Below the pieces are notes generated by a model. The model made no database searches, was not told the DNA's origin, and saw only the letters and a list, made by a program, of their open reading frames with translations. A stretch of 64,000 nt of DNA from Candidatus Latescibacterota bacterium (lineage in GTDB: Bacteria; Latescibacterota; UBA2968; UBA8231), in contig OZ241889.1 of NCBI GenBank assembly GCA_965203355.1, positions 3,104,001 through 3,168,000 on the forward strand. The letters are read 5' to 3'. How positions within the stretch are numbered: the first letter of the stretch is position 1; each line of letters opens with the position of its first letter. The position numbers and the translations under genes are program-made. Below are positions 9,825 through 18,600 of the stretch, in pieces.

Positions 9825-10227
9825 AAATGGGACTCCAGAACATCGGGGTCCCATTTCCGTAACTCGCGGTGCTGTGGGGGCTACTTGAGCAGCAGCATCT
9901 TGACGGCGAGGAACGCTTCACCCGCCTGCAAGCGGTCCGTAGGCGGGCGATCTGACGTTCATAAAGAAAATGGGACCCCAGAACATCGGGGTCCCATTTC
10001 CGTGACTCGCGGGGGCGTGGATGCTACTTGAGCAGCAGCAGCATCTGGATGTCGAGGAAGTCACCGCCCGCCTGCAAGCAGTCCTCTAGGCTGGCGAGTT
10101 GACGTTCATAAAGAAAATGGGACCCCAGAACATCGGGGTCCCATTTCCGTGACTTGCGGTGCCGCGGGTGCTACTTGAGCAGCAGCATCTTCTTGATGTC
10201 GAGGAAATCGCCGCCCGCCTGCAAGCG
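9825..10227 (-). repeat. Tandem ~145-bp units: REP/terminator hairpin plus copy of the last codons of the giant surface protein gene
   Basis: AAATGGGAC(C/T)CC-AGAACATC-GGGGTCCCATTT hairpins at 9825, 9968 and 10115, each adjacent to ctacttgagcagcagc...cccgcctgcaagc. Confidence 0.85.
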
Positions 10228-13200
10228 GTAGAAGTACATTCCCGACGACACGCTCTGGCCGCTATCGTTGGTCGCGTCCCACTCCACCGCGTAACGACCC
10301 GCCGCCTGATGCTCGGCGACCAGCGTCCGCACCGGCTGACCCAACACGTTGTACACGGTCAGCCCCACGGCCGCCGCTTGCGGCAACGCATACTGAATCG
10401 TCGTCTGCGGATTGAACGGGTTCGGATAGTTGGCCGCCAGCGAGAACACGGCCGGGCGCGTCTGCACCGCCACCGGCGCGGGCAATGCCAGCCGGTTGAA
10501 GCCCAACGCCCGGTCATACGTCTGGCTGTCGGTGATTTCGAGCGTCGTGTGCTCGATCTCGGTCGTTGGCCGGAAGACTAAGCGCAGCATCAGCTCGCCG
10601 TCCGAAACGACGTCGCCGTGGGCGGCTACCGTCAACACGCCCGCTTGATCGGCCAGCACCTGCGGCGTAGCGAATGCGCTGCCGCCCAGCGGCTGATCGG
10701 TCCGCGCCTCGACGAAGGTCAACTGGTCGGCGTCATAGGCTACCTGCAAGCCGTAGCCTTTGACCGCTACGAAGTCGGCTAACCGCACATTAACGACGAA
10801 CTCCTCTCCTACGCTCGGCAGGGCGGCTGGCGCGTCCAGATACAGCCGTGCGTCCCCGTTCAGCCCGGCCCGCAACGGCACCGGCTTGCCCGCCGCGGCC
10901 ACGCTGCGACCGAAATGGTCGGCCAACACGAAGAAGTCGTCGAAGTCAATCGTCCCATTCGGCGCCAGGTCAAACGCCGGATCAAACCCGGCGTCGCCCG
11001 CCGTCAAGCCGAAGCGGTCGGCCAACACGAAGAAATCGTCGAACCCAATGCGCGCGTCGGCCCCGAACAGACCCAACAGAGCCTGCCCTTGGCTATCGGC
11101 CACCCGGTTGCGCACGGCTAACGCGGTATGCTCGACCGAACCGGTCTCGTTGTCTAAGTCGAAAGTACGCACCTGATAGGTGTAATGCACACCATGCTGT
11201 GCCGTCTCATCGACGAAGGACGAACGGCCCGCCTCCACCTCGGCGACCACGGAAAACGTTTCTGCTCCCACGGCGCGGCGATAGATGCGGTAGCCATGTA
11301 CGCCCACGACCGGCTCGACCGGCGCCGGGCCTAGTGCGCCGGCCACGACCCCTTGCAGCACCTGATCCGACGGCGACAGCGTCCACGTCAGCGCGATGCG
11401 ACCACCCTGATCGTCCGGCGCATCCAACACCTGCAACGCCGACACGGCCAACGGCGCGATGTCGTCAGTCGCCCGCACAGCCTCGGCCGTCCAAGTGATC
11501 GACGAACTCAGCACACTACTGACGACATTCAACTTCGGAGCCACGCCGCGAGCGTAGGCCAATGCTTCCGGCAGCAACGACGCCAGCACCGGACCCTCAC
11601 CGCCTTGCGCGGCGTCCCGGCTCGCTTGCAGCGTCGCCGCCATCTGCGCGTAAGGCTGCGTCAGGTCGTCCGCTTCGACGAACACAGCTTTGGCCATCGT
11701 GTGCGTGGTGCGACCCCCGCGCTCGGCGGCAATGCCCCAGCGCGTCGAGACGTTGTCCAGCGTCGCCACGATAGCGCGGCCCATCGCCACCCCCGGCACG
11801 GCATCTACTCGCGCCCACGGCACCATCTCATTGCCCAGCACCGGCAACGCACGGAAGATGCGATAGCCGTCCAGCGACTTATGATCGGCCGATAGCTCCC
11901 AAGACAGCATCACGAAACCGCCTTGGTCGCCTTGGCCGTCCGCGCCTTTGTAGTCCTCGGCGACCAGATTGGTCGGCGCCGACAGGGGCGGATCCACCAC
12001 CGCCAGCGGCACCGGCAGCGACTGACGCGCGCCACTGGCATCTACGACCGTGTAGGTCGCTACGGTCTCGCCCATCGTCGTCGGCGTCCCGGAAATCGTC
12101 CGGGTCGCCGCGTCAAACGACAGCCCCGCTGGCAGACCCGACACGCTATACGTCAGCGGCGGGGTGCCCCCGGAGACCGCCGGCAGCGTCAGGTTTGCCG
12201 GCACACCCACGGTGAATTGAATCATGTTGTCGGTATGCGAGTCGGCCGGATTGGCTTTACCGGCTCCGCTGTTGAGACCGAACAACGAACTCAGGTCGCC
12301 CCAGTCCAGCATCGCGTTGACTGTAATTGTGAACATCAGCGAGACGCTTTCGGCGCCAGCCGTCGCCGTGTAGGTGACCTCAACGGCCCCATCGGTCGCC
12401 GCGTCCGGTGTGCCCGAAATCGTCCGGGTGGCCGGGTCAAACGACAGCCCGGCTGGCAAATCCGACACGCTATACGTGATGGTGCCTTCGCCGCCCATCG
12501 CCATCGGCAGCACCAACGGCGTAATCGCCGTGCCCGCCGTATAGGCATGTGCGGCAATCGAAGTGCCCTCGACGAAAGACAAGGGGATCATCATCTCCTT
12601 ATCGTCCATCATGCCGCCGGCCGCTTCCGTCAGCACCAGCGTCGCCGAACCCGCCGTCAAGCCCGGCAGCATCGCGTTGATCACAACCGTCTCGTCGCCT
12701 TCAGCCATACCATCGGAAACCGGATCAATCAACAGGCGCGTCGAACCCATGATCGAACCCGCCGCAATGGTAATCGTCGGATTGAATAGCGCCGAGTAGT
12801 CCGTGTCGCGCGTGGCACTCGAAGCCGCCTCATCAATCGAGACGGTGGCGGTGGCGGCCTCGGCCAACGGCTTGCCATCCAACGCGGCCATGACCATTAC
12901 TTCCGTCAATTCCGCCGACTCGCTGAGCGCGCTCGGCATCACCGACACGACCAAAGACGTGCTTGGCGTCTCGTCGTCGGAAATCCGCAAGTCCACTTGC
13001 CCCCAGCCGCCTGAAGCCGCCGCCCGAACGCCCAAGAACTTATGACCGTCCGCCGAAGCGTTGTCAATCGGCGACAGGAAAAGCGTCGTCGAACCGACCT
13101 TTTCCCCGGCCGCAATGGTGACGGTCCCCACCAATGTCGCGGTGTAATCCACGTCGCGGGTGGCCATCGCGCCGCTGGCCGGTGGCACAATCGTGAAGCG

Positions 13201-15837
13201 GACGCTCTCAGCCGCCGGGGCCGCCTCCGACAAGGTCGCTGTAATTCGGATTTCAGCCGTGTCGCCGTTTTCGCGCACGGCCGATTGCGAAGCCATTACG
13301 CTGGCGACGCCCACAGTGACCGGCGGGGCCTCAGCAACCGTGATGGTGAAGGTCCGTCCCCCGATGTCTCCGTCGTCATCCCGTGCCGTATAGAAGACTT
13401 CCGACATGCCCACCGCTGTCGGCGTTCCCGAAAGCGTCCGCGTCGCCGCGTCAAACGACAGACCTGCCGGGAGGTTAGACGTGACGCCGTACCTCAGCGT
13501 TCCTTGGCCGCCCGTCGCCGCGGGCAACACCTCGCTGAACGCTTGCCCCACCGTCGCTTCAAAGGCTAGCGCCCCCGCACCGAAACTCGGTCGGCCCGTG
13601 TCCGCCGGCGTATCCGAAGAATCATCCATCTTCGCCGCGTCTTTCAGCGTGATCTTCGTGGTGCCGACCTTGATCTTGTCGTCGTCTTGGTTCTTGAGAT
13701 TGTCCGTCAACTGCTTCAGCGTGATCGTCTCGTCGTTGTCGTCGGTCCCGTCGTTGACGGGCGTGATCGTGATCGTCGTCGAGCCAACGACCTCGCCGCG
13801 CGGAATCGTCAGCGAGCTAAGCACCGCCGTGTAGTCCACGTCCCGCGTCGCCGACTTGTCCGGCGTATCATCCACGACCAACGTGATCGTCGCCGCCGCG
13901 TCCAGCACCTTGCCGTCTAACGTGCCGGTCACCGTCACCGTCGTTGCCCCGGCGTCCTCTTTGATTTCACCCGGGCTGACCGACAGCGTGATGTTTTCGC
14001 TCAGCGTCTCATCGTCCGTGATCTTGAACTCCACCGTATCCTTCTGAGACGCTTCGGTGCCGACCTTCGCTATCACCTCGAACGTCCACGGATTATTCAC
14101 ACCGCTGTTGTCCACCGGCGTGACGCGCAGCGTCGCTGTGCCTTTCGTGTCGCCGGTCGGGATCGTCAAGCCTTCAGTGACTTCCACCTCGTAATTCACA
14201 TCGCGCGTCCCCTGACCCGCCACAATCTGAAAGTCCACTGCCTTAGAGCCGGTCAAGGCTTTCGCCAATTCAACCGTCATCGCAACATCAGTCGCCCCGA
14301 CTTCCTCGCGGATCGTCGCTGGACTCAGCGTAAAATTCTTGATCGTCGCCACCGCAACGTCCTCAACCGTGATGGTGCCAGGATTGACCGGGACCGCAAT
14401 GACAAAAGAATCAAGACGCTTGATCGTTCCCGAAGCATTAGCCGTCCCCTCGATCTTCCCATCACCGTTAAGGTCAATACCGATTGGGATAGTTTTGAGG
14501 TTGACGCTGTTGACGAAGGTTCGACGCCTTCCTCTATCGACTTCATAGGGACCTGCTTCCGTTAGCACTTTTCCGTCGGGCACCACATAGGTATCCAACA
14601 AATCGCCATCATTGAAAAAGTCGAGCCCCAAGTCTCGTTCTACTAAGACGGTGCCCGACGTGAGGGTGTCGGAGTTGCTAAGGTCATATCCCGTCGAAGA
14701 AGTAAAAACCCCAAACCCTATGAAATTATTCGAATCATTCCCTTCAGATGATTCGTCTGTTAATCCAATAGTTCCATCGCCATCCAAGTCAATTGCGATG
14801 GCGTGATCGACCATAACTTCCTTAATAGTAGAGGATCCGCTATGTGTATGACCATCTTTTTCGAAGCTACCATCAAGGTTGTAGTCGATCCGGACCTGCT
14901 TACCCGCCTTATTGATCCGTTTCTTGAACTCCACCAGCAGCGTATCACTGCCCCCCAGCGTGATCGTGCCCGCCTTATTTTTCGGATCAACGGTGATCGT
15001 CGTCGTCGCGTCGATCCGCCGCCGTGGAATGGTCAGAGTACCCAACCCTGTAAGCGAGTAATCCACATCGCGCGTCAAGTCGCCGCCAGAAATAACCAAC
15101 TGGGATTTAAGGTCGTGGGCCTTCAACGCGCCGCCCTTCACCGTCGCCGTCACTTCAATCGGAGTCGCATCCGCCTGCTTGCTGAGCTTGGACGGCGAAA
15201 AAGAAAGGTCAATCCCACTCGGCAACTGATCGTCGTCAATGATCTCGACATACAGGCCACCCTGACTCCCATCCCAATATACATTGGGTTCGTTATGTGA
15301 TACGATTAAATTTCCATTACTACCTGCATCAAAACGTATAACGACGGGAATATTAGGGCGCCTTAGAGCTGCATCGCTACTAACTGTCCCCCCCCCAGTA
15401 GTTATACCAATACTATTATTATTTATGATCAGGGGATCAATATCCATCCCCGCTGTGGCCGAGGTCGCTCCGATCCGATCATTGTCTATCGGGGTTATGG
15501 TTATGGTCCCGGTCGTCTTTCGCTCGCCGTTCTTAATCACCATAGTGGGAGCGGGTAAGGATACTCTGAAGAACTTATTGAGATAGGTTGAGGTGCCCCC
15601 CCCGATGAGCTTCGCCTGAATCTGAATATCTGCTCCCGCCTTAGCGTTAGCGTCTTTTAATTCTATCGTAACCGTAATGTCTTGCGCCCCACCGTCCTCG
15701 CGGATGGAATACCGGTCAAAGGAGACGTATAGGCTATCTTGGGCCGTGGCCTCCCCGGCCAACAGCAAACTGGCAATCAGCAAACAAGGCACAAAAGCCA
15801 AGCGCGGCATCGGCACGAACAACTTCGCATGTGTCAT
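10171..15837 (-). CDS. Giant secreted surface protein, paralog A (Calx-beta-like repeats, He_PIG Ig, FN3-like, dockerin-like EF-hands, cohesin-like, FlgD-Ig/T9SS-like CTD)
   Basis: 1888 aa. Signal peptide ending ATA-Q; repeated ATRDVDY; three LPAGLSFD.ATRT.SGTP; twin FDDFFVLAD.FG; VGEEFVVNV...GYGLQVAYD; NYPNPFNP...KKMLLLK. Confidence 0.9.
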   Translation of the reverse strand: MTHAKLFVPMPRLAFVPCLLIASLLLAGEATAQDSLYVSFDRYSIREDGGAQDITVTIELKDANAKAGADIQIQAKLIGGGTSTYLNKFFRVSLPAPTMVIKNGERKTTGTITITPIDNDRIGATSATAGMDIDPLIINNNSIGITTGGGTVSSDAALRRPNIPVVIRFDAGSNGNLIVSHNEPNVYWDGSQGGLYVEIIDDDQLPSGIDLSFSPSKLSKQADATPIEVTATVKGGALKAHDLKSQLVISGGDLTRDVDYSLTGLGTLTIPRRRIDATTTITVDPKNKAGTITLGGSDTLLVEFKKRINKAGKQVRIDYNLDGSFEKDGHTHSGSSTIKEVMVDHAIAIDLDGDGTIGLTDESSEGNDSNNFIGFGVFTSSTGYDLSNSDTLTSGTVLVERDLGLDFFNDGDLLDTYVVPDGKVLTEAGPYEVDRGRRRTFVNSVNLKTIPIGIDLNGDGKIEGTANASGTIKRLDSFVIAVPVNPGTITVEDVAVATIKNFTLSPATIREEVGATDVAMTVELAKALTGSKAVDFQIVAGQGTRDVNYEVEVTEGLTIPTGDTKGTATLRVTPVDNSGVNNPWTFEVIAKVGTEASQKDTVEFKITDDETLSENITLSVSPGEIKEDAGATTVTVTGTLDGKVLDAAATITLVVDDTPDKSATRDVDYTAVLSSLTIPRGEVVGSTTITITPVNDGTDDNDETITLKQLTDNLKNQDDDKIKVGTTKITLKDAAKMDDSSDTPADTGRPSFGAGALAFEATVGQAFSEVLPAATGGQGTLRYGVTSNLPAGLSFDAATRTLSGTPTAVGMSEVFYTARDDDGDIGGRTFTITVAEAPPVTVGVASVMASQSAVRENGDTAEIRITATLSEAAPAAESVRFTIVPPASGAMATRDVDYTATLVGTVTIAAGEKVGSTTLFLSPIDNASADGHKFLGVRAAASGGWGQVDLRISDDETPSTSLVVSVMPSALSESAELTEVMVMAALDGKPLAEAATATVSIDEAASSATRDTDYSALFNPTITIAAGSIMGSTRLLIDPVSDGMAEGDETVVINAMLPGLTAGSATLVLTEAAGGMMDDKEMMIPLSFVEGTSIAAHAYTAGTAITPLVLPMAMGGEGTITYSVSDLPAGLSFDPATRTISGTPDAATDGAVEVTYTATAGAESVSLMFTITVNAMLDWGDLSSLFGLNSGAGKANPADSHTDNMIQFTVGVPANLTLPAVSGGTPPLTYSVSGLPAGLSFDAATRTISGTPTTMGETVATYTVVDASGARQSLPVPLAVVDPPLSAPTNLVAEDYKGADGQGDQGGFVMLSWELSADHKSLDGYRIFRALPVLGNEMVPWARVDAVPGVAMGRAIVATLDNVSTRWGIAAERGGRTTHTMAKAVFVEADDLTQPYAQMAATLQASRDAAQGGEGPVLASLLPEALAYARGVAPKLNVVSSVLSSSITWTAEAVRATDDIAPLAVSALQVLDAPDDQGGRIALTWTLSPSDQVLQGVVAGALGPAPVEPVVGVHGYRIYRRAVGAETFSVVAEVEAGRSSFVDETAQHGVHYTYQVRTFDLDNETGSVEHTALAVRNRVADSQGQALLGLFGADARIGFDDFFVLADRFGLTAGDAGFDPAFDLAPNGTIDFDDFFVLADHFGRSVAAAGKPVPLRAGLNGDARLYLDAPAALPSVGEEFVVNVRLADFVAVKGYGLQVAYDADQLTFVEARTDQPLGGSAFATPQVLADQAGVLTVAAHGDVVSDGELMLRLVFRPTTEIEHTTLEITDSQTYDRALGFNRLALPAPVAVQTRPAVFSLAANYPNPFNPQTTIQYALPQAAAVGLTVYNVLGQPVRTLVAEHQAAGRYAVEWDATNDSGQSVSSGMYFYRLQAGGDFLDIKKMLLLK

Positions 15838-16071
15838 TATTCAACCTCCGTAAGGAAAGCATCGCCCAAGGGCGAAAGGGAAAGGGTAGAAGGAAATGGA
15901 CTTAGCCTTATCACTAAGCCGTTGCGTTCTGGCGTTTTTGCTACCGTTGAGCAAGACGAATCCCTCACGGCGAGAGCTTGGCTACGACGTCGCCGGCCGA
16001 TAACCACGCGGCTATCGAGAAGAGGTTTCGTTTGTGAGGTGGATGGGTGGTCAGTGGCCGGTGGCCAGTGG

Positions 16072-16371
16072 TCGGTGGAGCTTACCGACGCGGCCGGGCA
16101 GAGTAAGGCCGTTTCCCGCTTCCGTAGAGGAAGGGGAGCGAGGCAAATAGGTTGGTGAGTGAAGCTAGGGCTTAATGCCCAAGAAAATCGGGGGGGGGGG
16201 GGGGGGATAAATCATTGTTTTTTAACGACTTATGGCGATTAAGCCTCGGCGTTATCGCAAGCGTAGAACAAGACACCGCCATTGCATCAAGCACCGCTGC
16301 CGGCGATGGCGTTCTTTGTGCTATTGACGTTGTGCCCATGTCCTGTTAATCCGGCTAAGAATGCCGCAAGC
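16072..16371 (-). promoter_or_regulatory. Poly-C leader cassette A (300 bp; G17 at 16190-16206)
   Basis: Colinear homology with 46090-46389. Contains leader ORF ATG 16339 preceded by AGGA. Confidence 0.75.
16172..16339 (-). CDS. Putative leader peptide (55 aa, out-of-frame state)
   Basis: Hand translation: MGTTSIAQRTPSPAAVLDAMAVSCSTLAITPRLNRHKSLKNNDLSPPPPPDFLGH*. Homologous to the ORF at 46041-46355. Confidence 0.5.
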   Translation of the reverse strand: MGTTSIAQRTPSPAAVLDAMAVSCSTLAITPRLNRHKSLKNNDLSPPPPPDFLGH

Positions 16372-16462
16372 GGCGGAGGTTTTATACCCAAACGCGCCGC
16401 TGTGCGCTGTGAATTTCATATCTAATGATTATACAACATCAGTTAAAAGTTTGTCAAATGTA

Positions 16463-16573
16463 GGTCGTGGTTTTTGAAACTTAGCTTTACTCCCGTTGGA
16501 TCGCCCCGGCTCAACCCCAAGCCCGACCTCAACCGTACCGCGGCAATTGGAGATTGCAAAATGTACCACGACC
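16463..16573. mobile_element. MITE-like element, copy 2
   Basis: GGTCGTGGT...TTTTGAAA / TTGCAAAATGTACCACGACC ends and the shared core TTAGCTTTACTCCCGTTG...CCCAAGCCCGACC. Confidence 0.65.
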
Positions 16574-16655
16574 GCCGATTCATTGACAGCGCGGACCAAG
16601 CCTCATAAATAATAAGGCCGTTAAAACCCCAACTTTTGCAAACAAAGGAACAAAC

Positions 16656-17219
16656 ATGACTACAGCGCACGAAGAACTCGTCTTTGCCGAGACCTTCGAC
16701 GGCGTCCTCGATCCCAAGTGGATCTGGCTGCGCGAACATCCCGGCTTTTGGCGCTTGCAAGACGGCCTAGAAATTCGCGTCGAACCGGGCGTGGCCGCTA
16801 CCGTGCAAAACGCACTGTTGCGCCCAGCCCCGGATCGCAGCGCAGAAACCTGGGCCATAGAAGTGACGGTGTACAACCATACCCACCCCATCCAGCAGTA
16901 CGAGCAAGCGGGCATCACTTGGTACCAAAACGGCCAACCTGTCTTCAAGCAGGTCAAGGAACTGATCGACGGCGATCTCTACATCGTTCCCGGCCGCAAG
17001 CCCATGCCCACCCAGAGCGTGCGCCTGCGTCTCATCGTCACCGCCGACTCTTGGGAGGCCCAGTACCGGCCCGCGGGCGAGGACCGATTCCATACCGCTG
17101 ATCGGGGTGAGTTGCCTCCGCCCGGCGACGATCAAGTCAGCATCCAATGCTACAACGGCCCGGAAAACGCCGAGCACTGGATCCGCTTTCGGGACTTTCA
17201 GATTAAACGCCTGCGCTGA
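16656..17219 (+). CDS. DUF1349-like / concanavalin A-like beta-sandwich protein
   Basis: LDPKWIWLRE and QYEQAGI motifs as in GH43 C-terminal/DUF1349 domains. AAGGA RBS. Confidence 0.65.
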   Translation: MTTAHEELVFAETFDGVLDPKWIWLREHPGFWRLQDGLEIRVEPGVAATVQNALLRPAPDRSAETWAIEVTVYNHTHPIQQYEQAGITWYQNGQPVFKQVKELIDGDLYIVPGRKPMPTQSVRLRLIVTADSWEAQYRPAGEDRFHTADRGELPPPGDDQVSIQCYNGPENAEHWIRFRDFQIKRLR

Positions 17220-17431
17220 TCCCCCTCTGCTAGCGAAACCAGTCGTAATTCAACCTCATTGCCCGATCCGCCGCTCGCCGCTGGGGATCGTATTCGCTGC
17301 GGCAGGGTGCGCCCAACTCGGACCATCGCCGGCCAAGGAACTTGCCCCGATCGCTATGAGTTCACATTTTACAGGGCCAGATTTTGTAGTGTTATAGCAA
17401 CGCACACTCACATCACAGTTAGGAGAATTCC

Positions 17432-18022
17432 ATGACTCGTCCCAATATGTTCCGTTTCGTCTCGGTTGCCGCGCTGACATTTGTTCTTACCGCCGAGGCG
17501 ACTTGGGCGGAAACTTACGTGGTCGATGCGGCGCACTCTTCAGTTGATTTTAGCATTCGCCACCTCGTTGGCCGCACCAAGGGCCGTTTCGGCGATTTCA
17601 GCGGCACCATCAGCTACGACGCTGCCAAGCCCGACTCCGCCAGTTTCTCTGGCATCATTCAGGTCAAAAGCATCGACACCGGCAACGAGCGCCGCGATGG
17701 CCACTTGCGAAACGCCGATTTTTTCGAGGCTGAGACCTACCCCACGATCACCTTCGAATCCACCAAGGTGACCAGCACGGGCGAAAACACCCTCAGCGTC
17801 GAGGGCAAGCTGACCATGCACGGCACCACCAAAGAGGTCACTTTGCCCGTCGAGATTCTCGGCACCGGCATCAATCCGCGCAGTAGCAAAGCGCAGATCG
17901 GTATAGAAACAAATTTTTCCATACTCTGCTCGGATTACGGAGTCAATAGCTGGGAACGCTTCAGTGCCGTGCTCGGCGACGAGGTGAAAATTCAGGTATT
18001 GATCGAGGCCAACGCAGAGTAG
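17432..18022 (+). CDS. yceI: YceI-family polyisoprenoid-binding protein
   Basis: Signal peptide; VDAAHSSVDFSIRHL, SIDTGNERRDGHLRNADFFE, GKLTMHG, LGDEVKI. Confidence 0.92.
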   Translation: MTRPNMFRFVSVAALTFVLTAEATWAETYVVDAAHSSVDFSIRHLVGRTKGRFGDFSGTISYDAAKPDSASFSGIIQVKSIDTGNERRDGHLRNADFFEAETYPTITFESTKVTSTGENTLSVEGKLTMHGTTKEVTLPVEILGTGINPRSSKAQIGIETNFSILCSDYGVNSWERFSAVLGDEVKIQVLIEANAE

Positions 18023-18029
18023 GTCAGGG

Positions 18030-18568
18030 TGTTCCACTTGGGGAAATTGGGTACTGCCGGGATTCATAGCTACAAACGACGGCTTTTCGGCGAGTAACCG
18101 ATCGTAATCGCGAATGCTGGCAACCAACAATCCTTTGTCGGCCAATACGCGCCGGATATTTCGCAGAGCAAGCGTTAGATCTTCGTCCGTTAGAAGATGT
18201 GGCAGAGAATTGTCGCAGCTAATCACTACATCGAATTGCTGGTCGAATACACGTTCCAACGCGCGAACATCGGCAACCGCAAATCGCATATTCAGCCCTC
18301 GCCTGTCAGCTTCTGATTGCGCCCTTTTGACCGCCTCCGGGCTGAGATCGGACGCAAAAACTTCGTATCCTCGCCGCGCTAAGCCAATGGCCTGAGTGCC
18401 GATGCCGCATGAACAGTCTAAAACAACCGACGCACTCGCTGACGACTCACCTTGAATCAACAGGTCTAGCGCAGACGACTGCCGTTCGATGGCCGATTCC
18501 CAATCGGTGTAAATGTGATGGTAGTCAGCCGCTAGAGCGTCGTAAAAGCCTTTAACGGATTCGCTCAT
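18030..18568 (-). pseudogene. Class I SAM-dependent methyltransferase, apparently C-terminally truncated
   Basis: VLDCSCGIG, DLS, FDVVISCDNSLPHL and SIRDYD motifs. Family-like sequence stops near aa 165 and the frame continues antisense through yceI to 17540. Confidence 0.55.
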
Positions 18569-18600
18569 TTCTCAATAAACCTACACTTCTTGACTGAGTG

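Noticed and set aside
9737-10170. Possible CRISPR array or DGR template/variable repeats
   Set aside because: The units are about 145 bp with homologous rather than unique spacers. There is no cas or reverse transcriptase gene, and the differences are not adenine-specific.
15739-16158. 139-aa + strand ORF upstream of the giant gene
   Set aside because: It is the antisense shadow of the - strand leader region and signal-peptide codons, with no RBS or motif.
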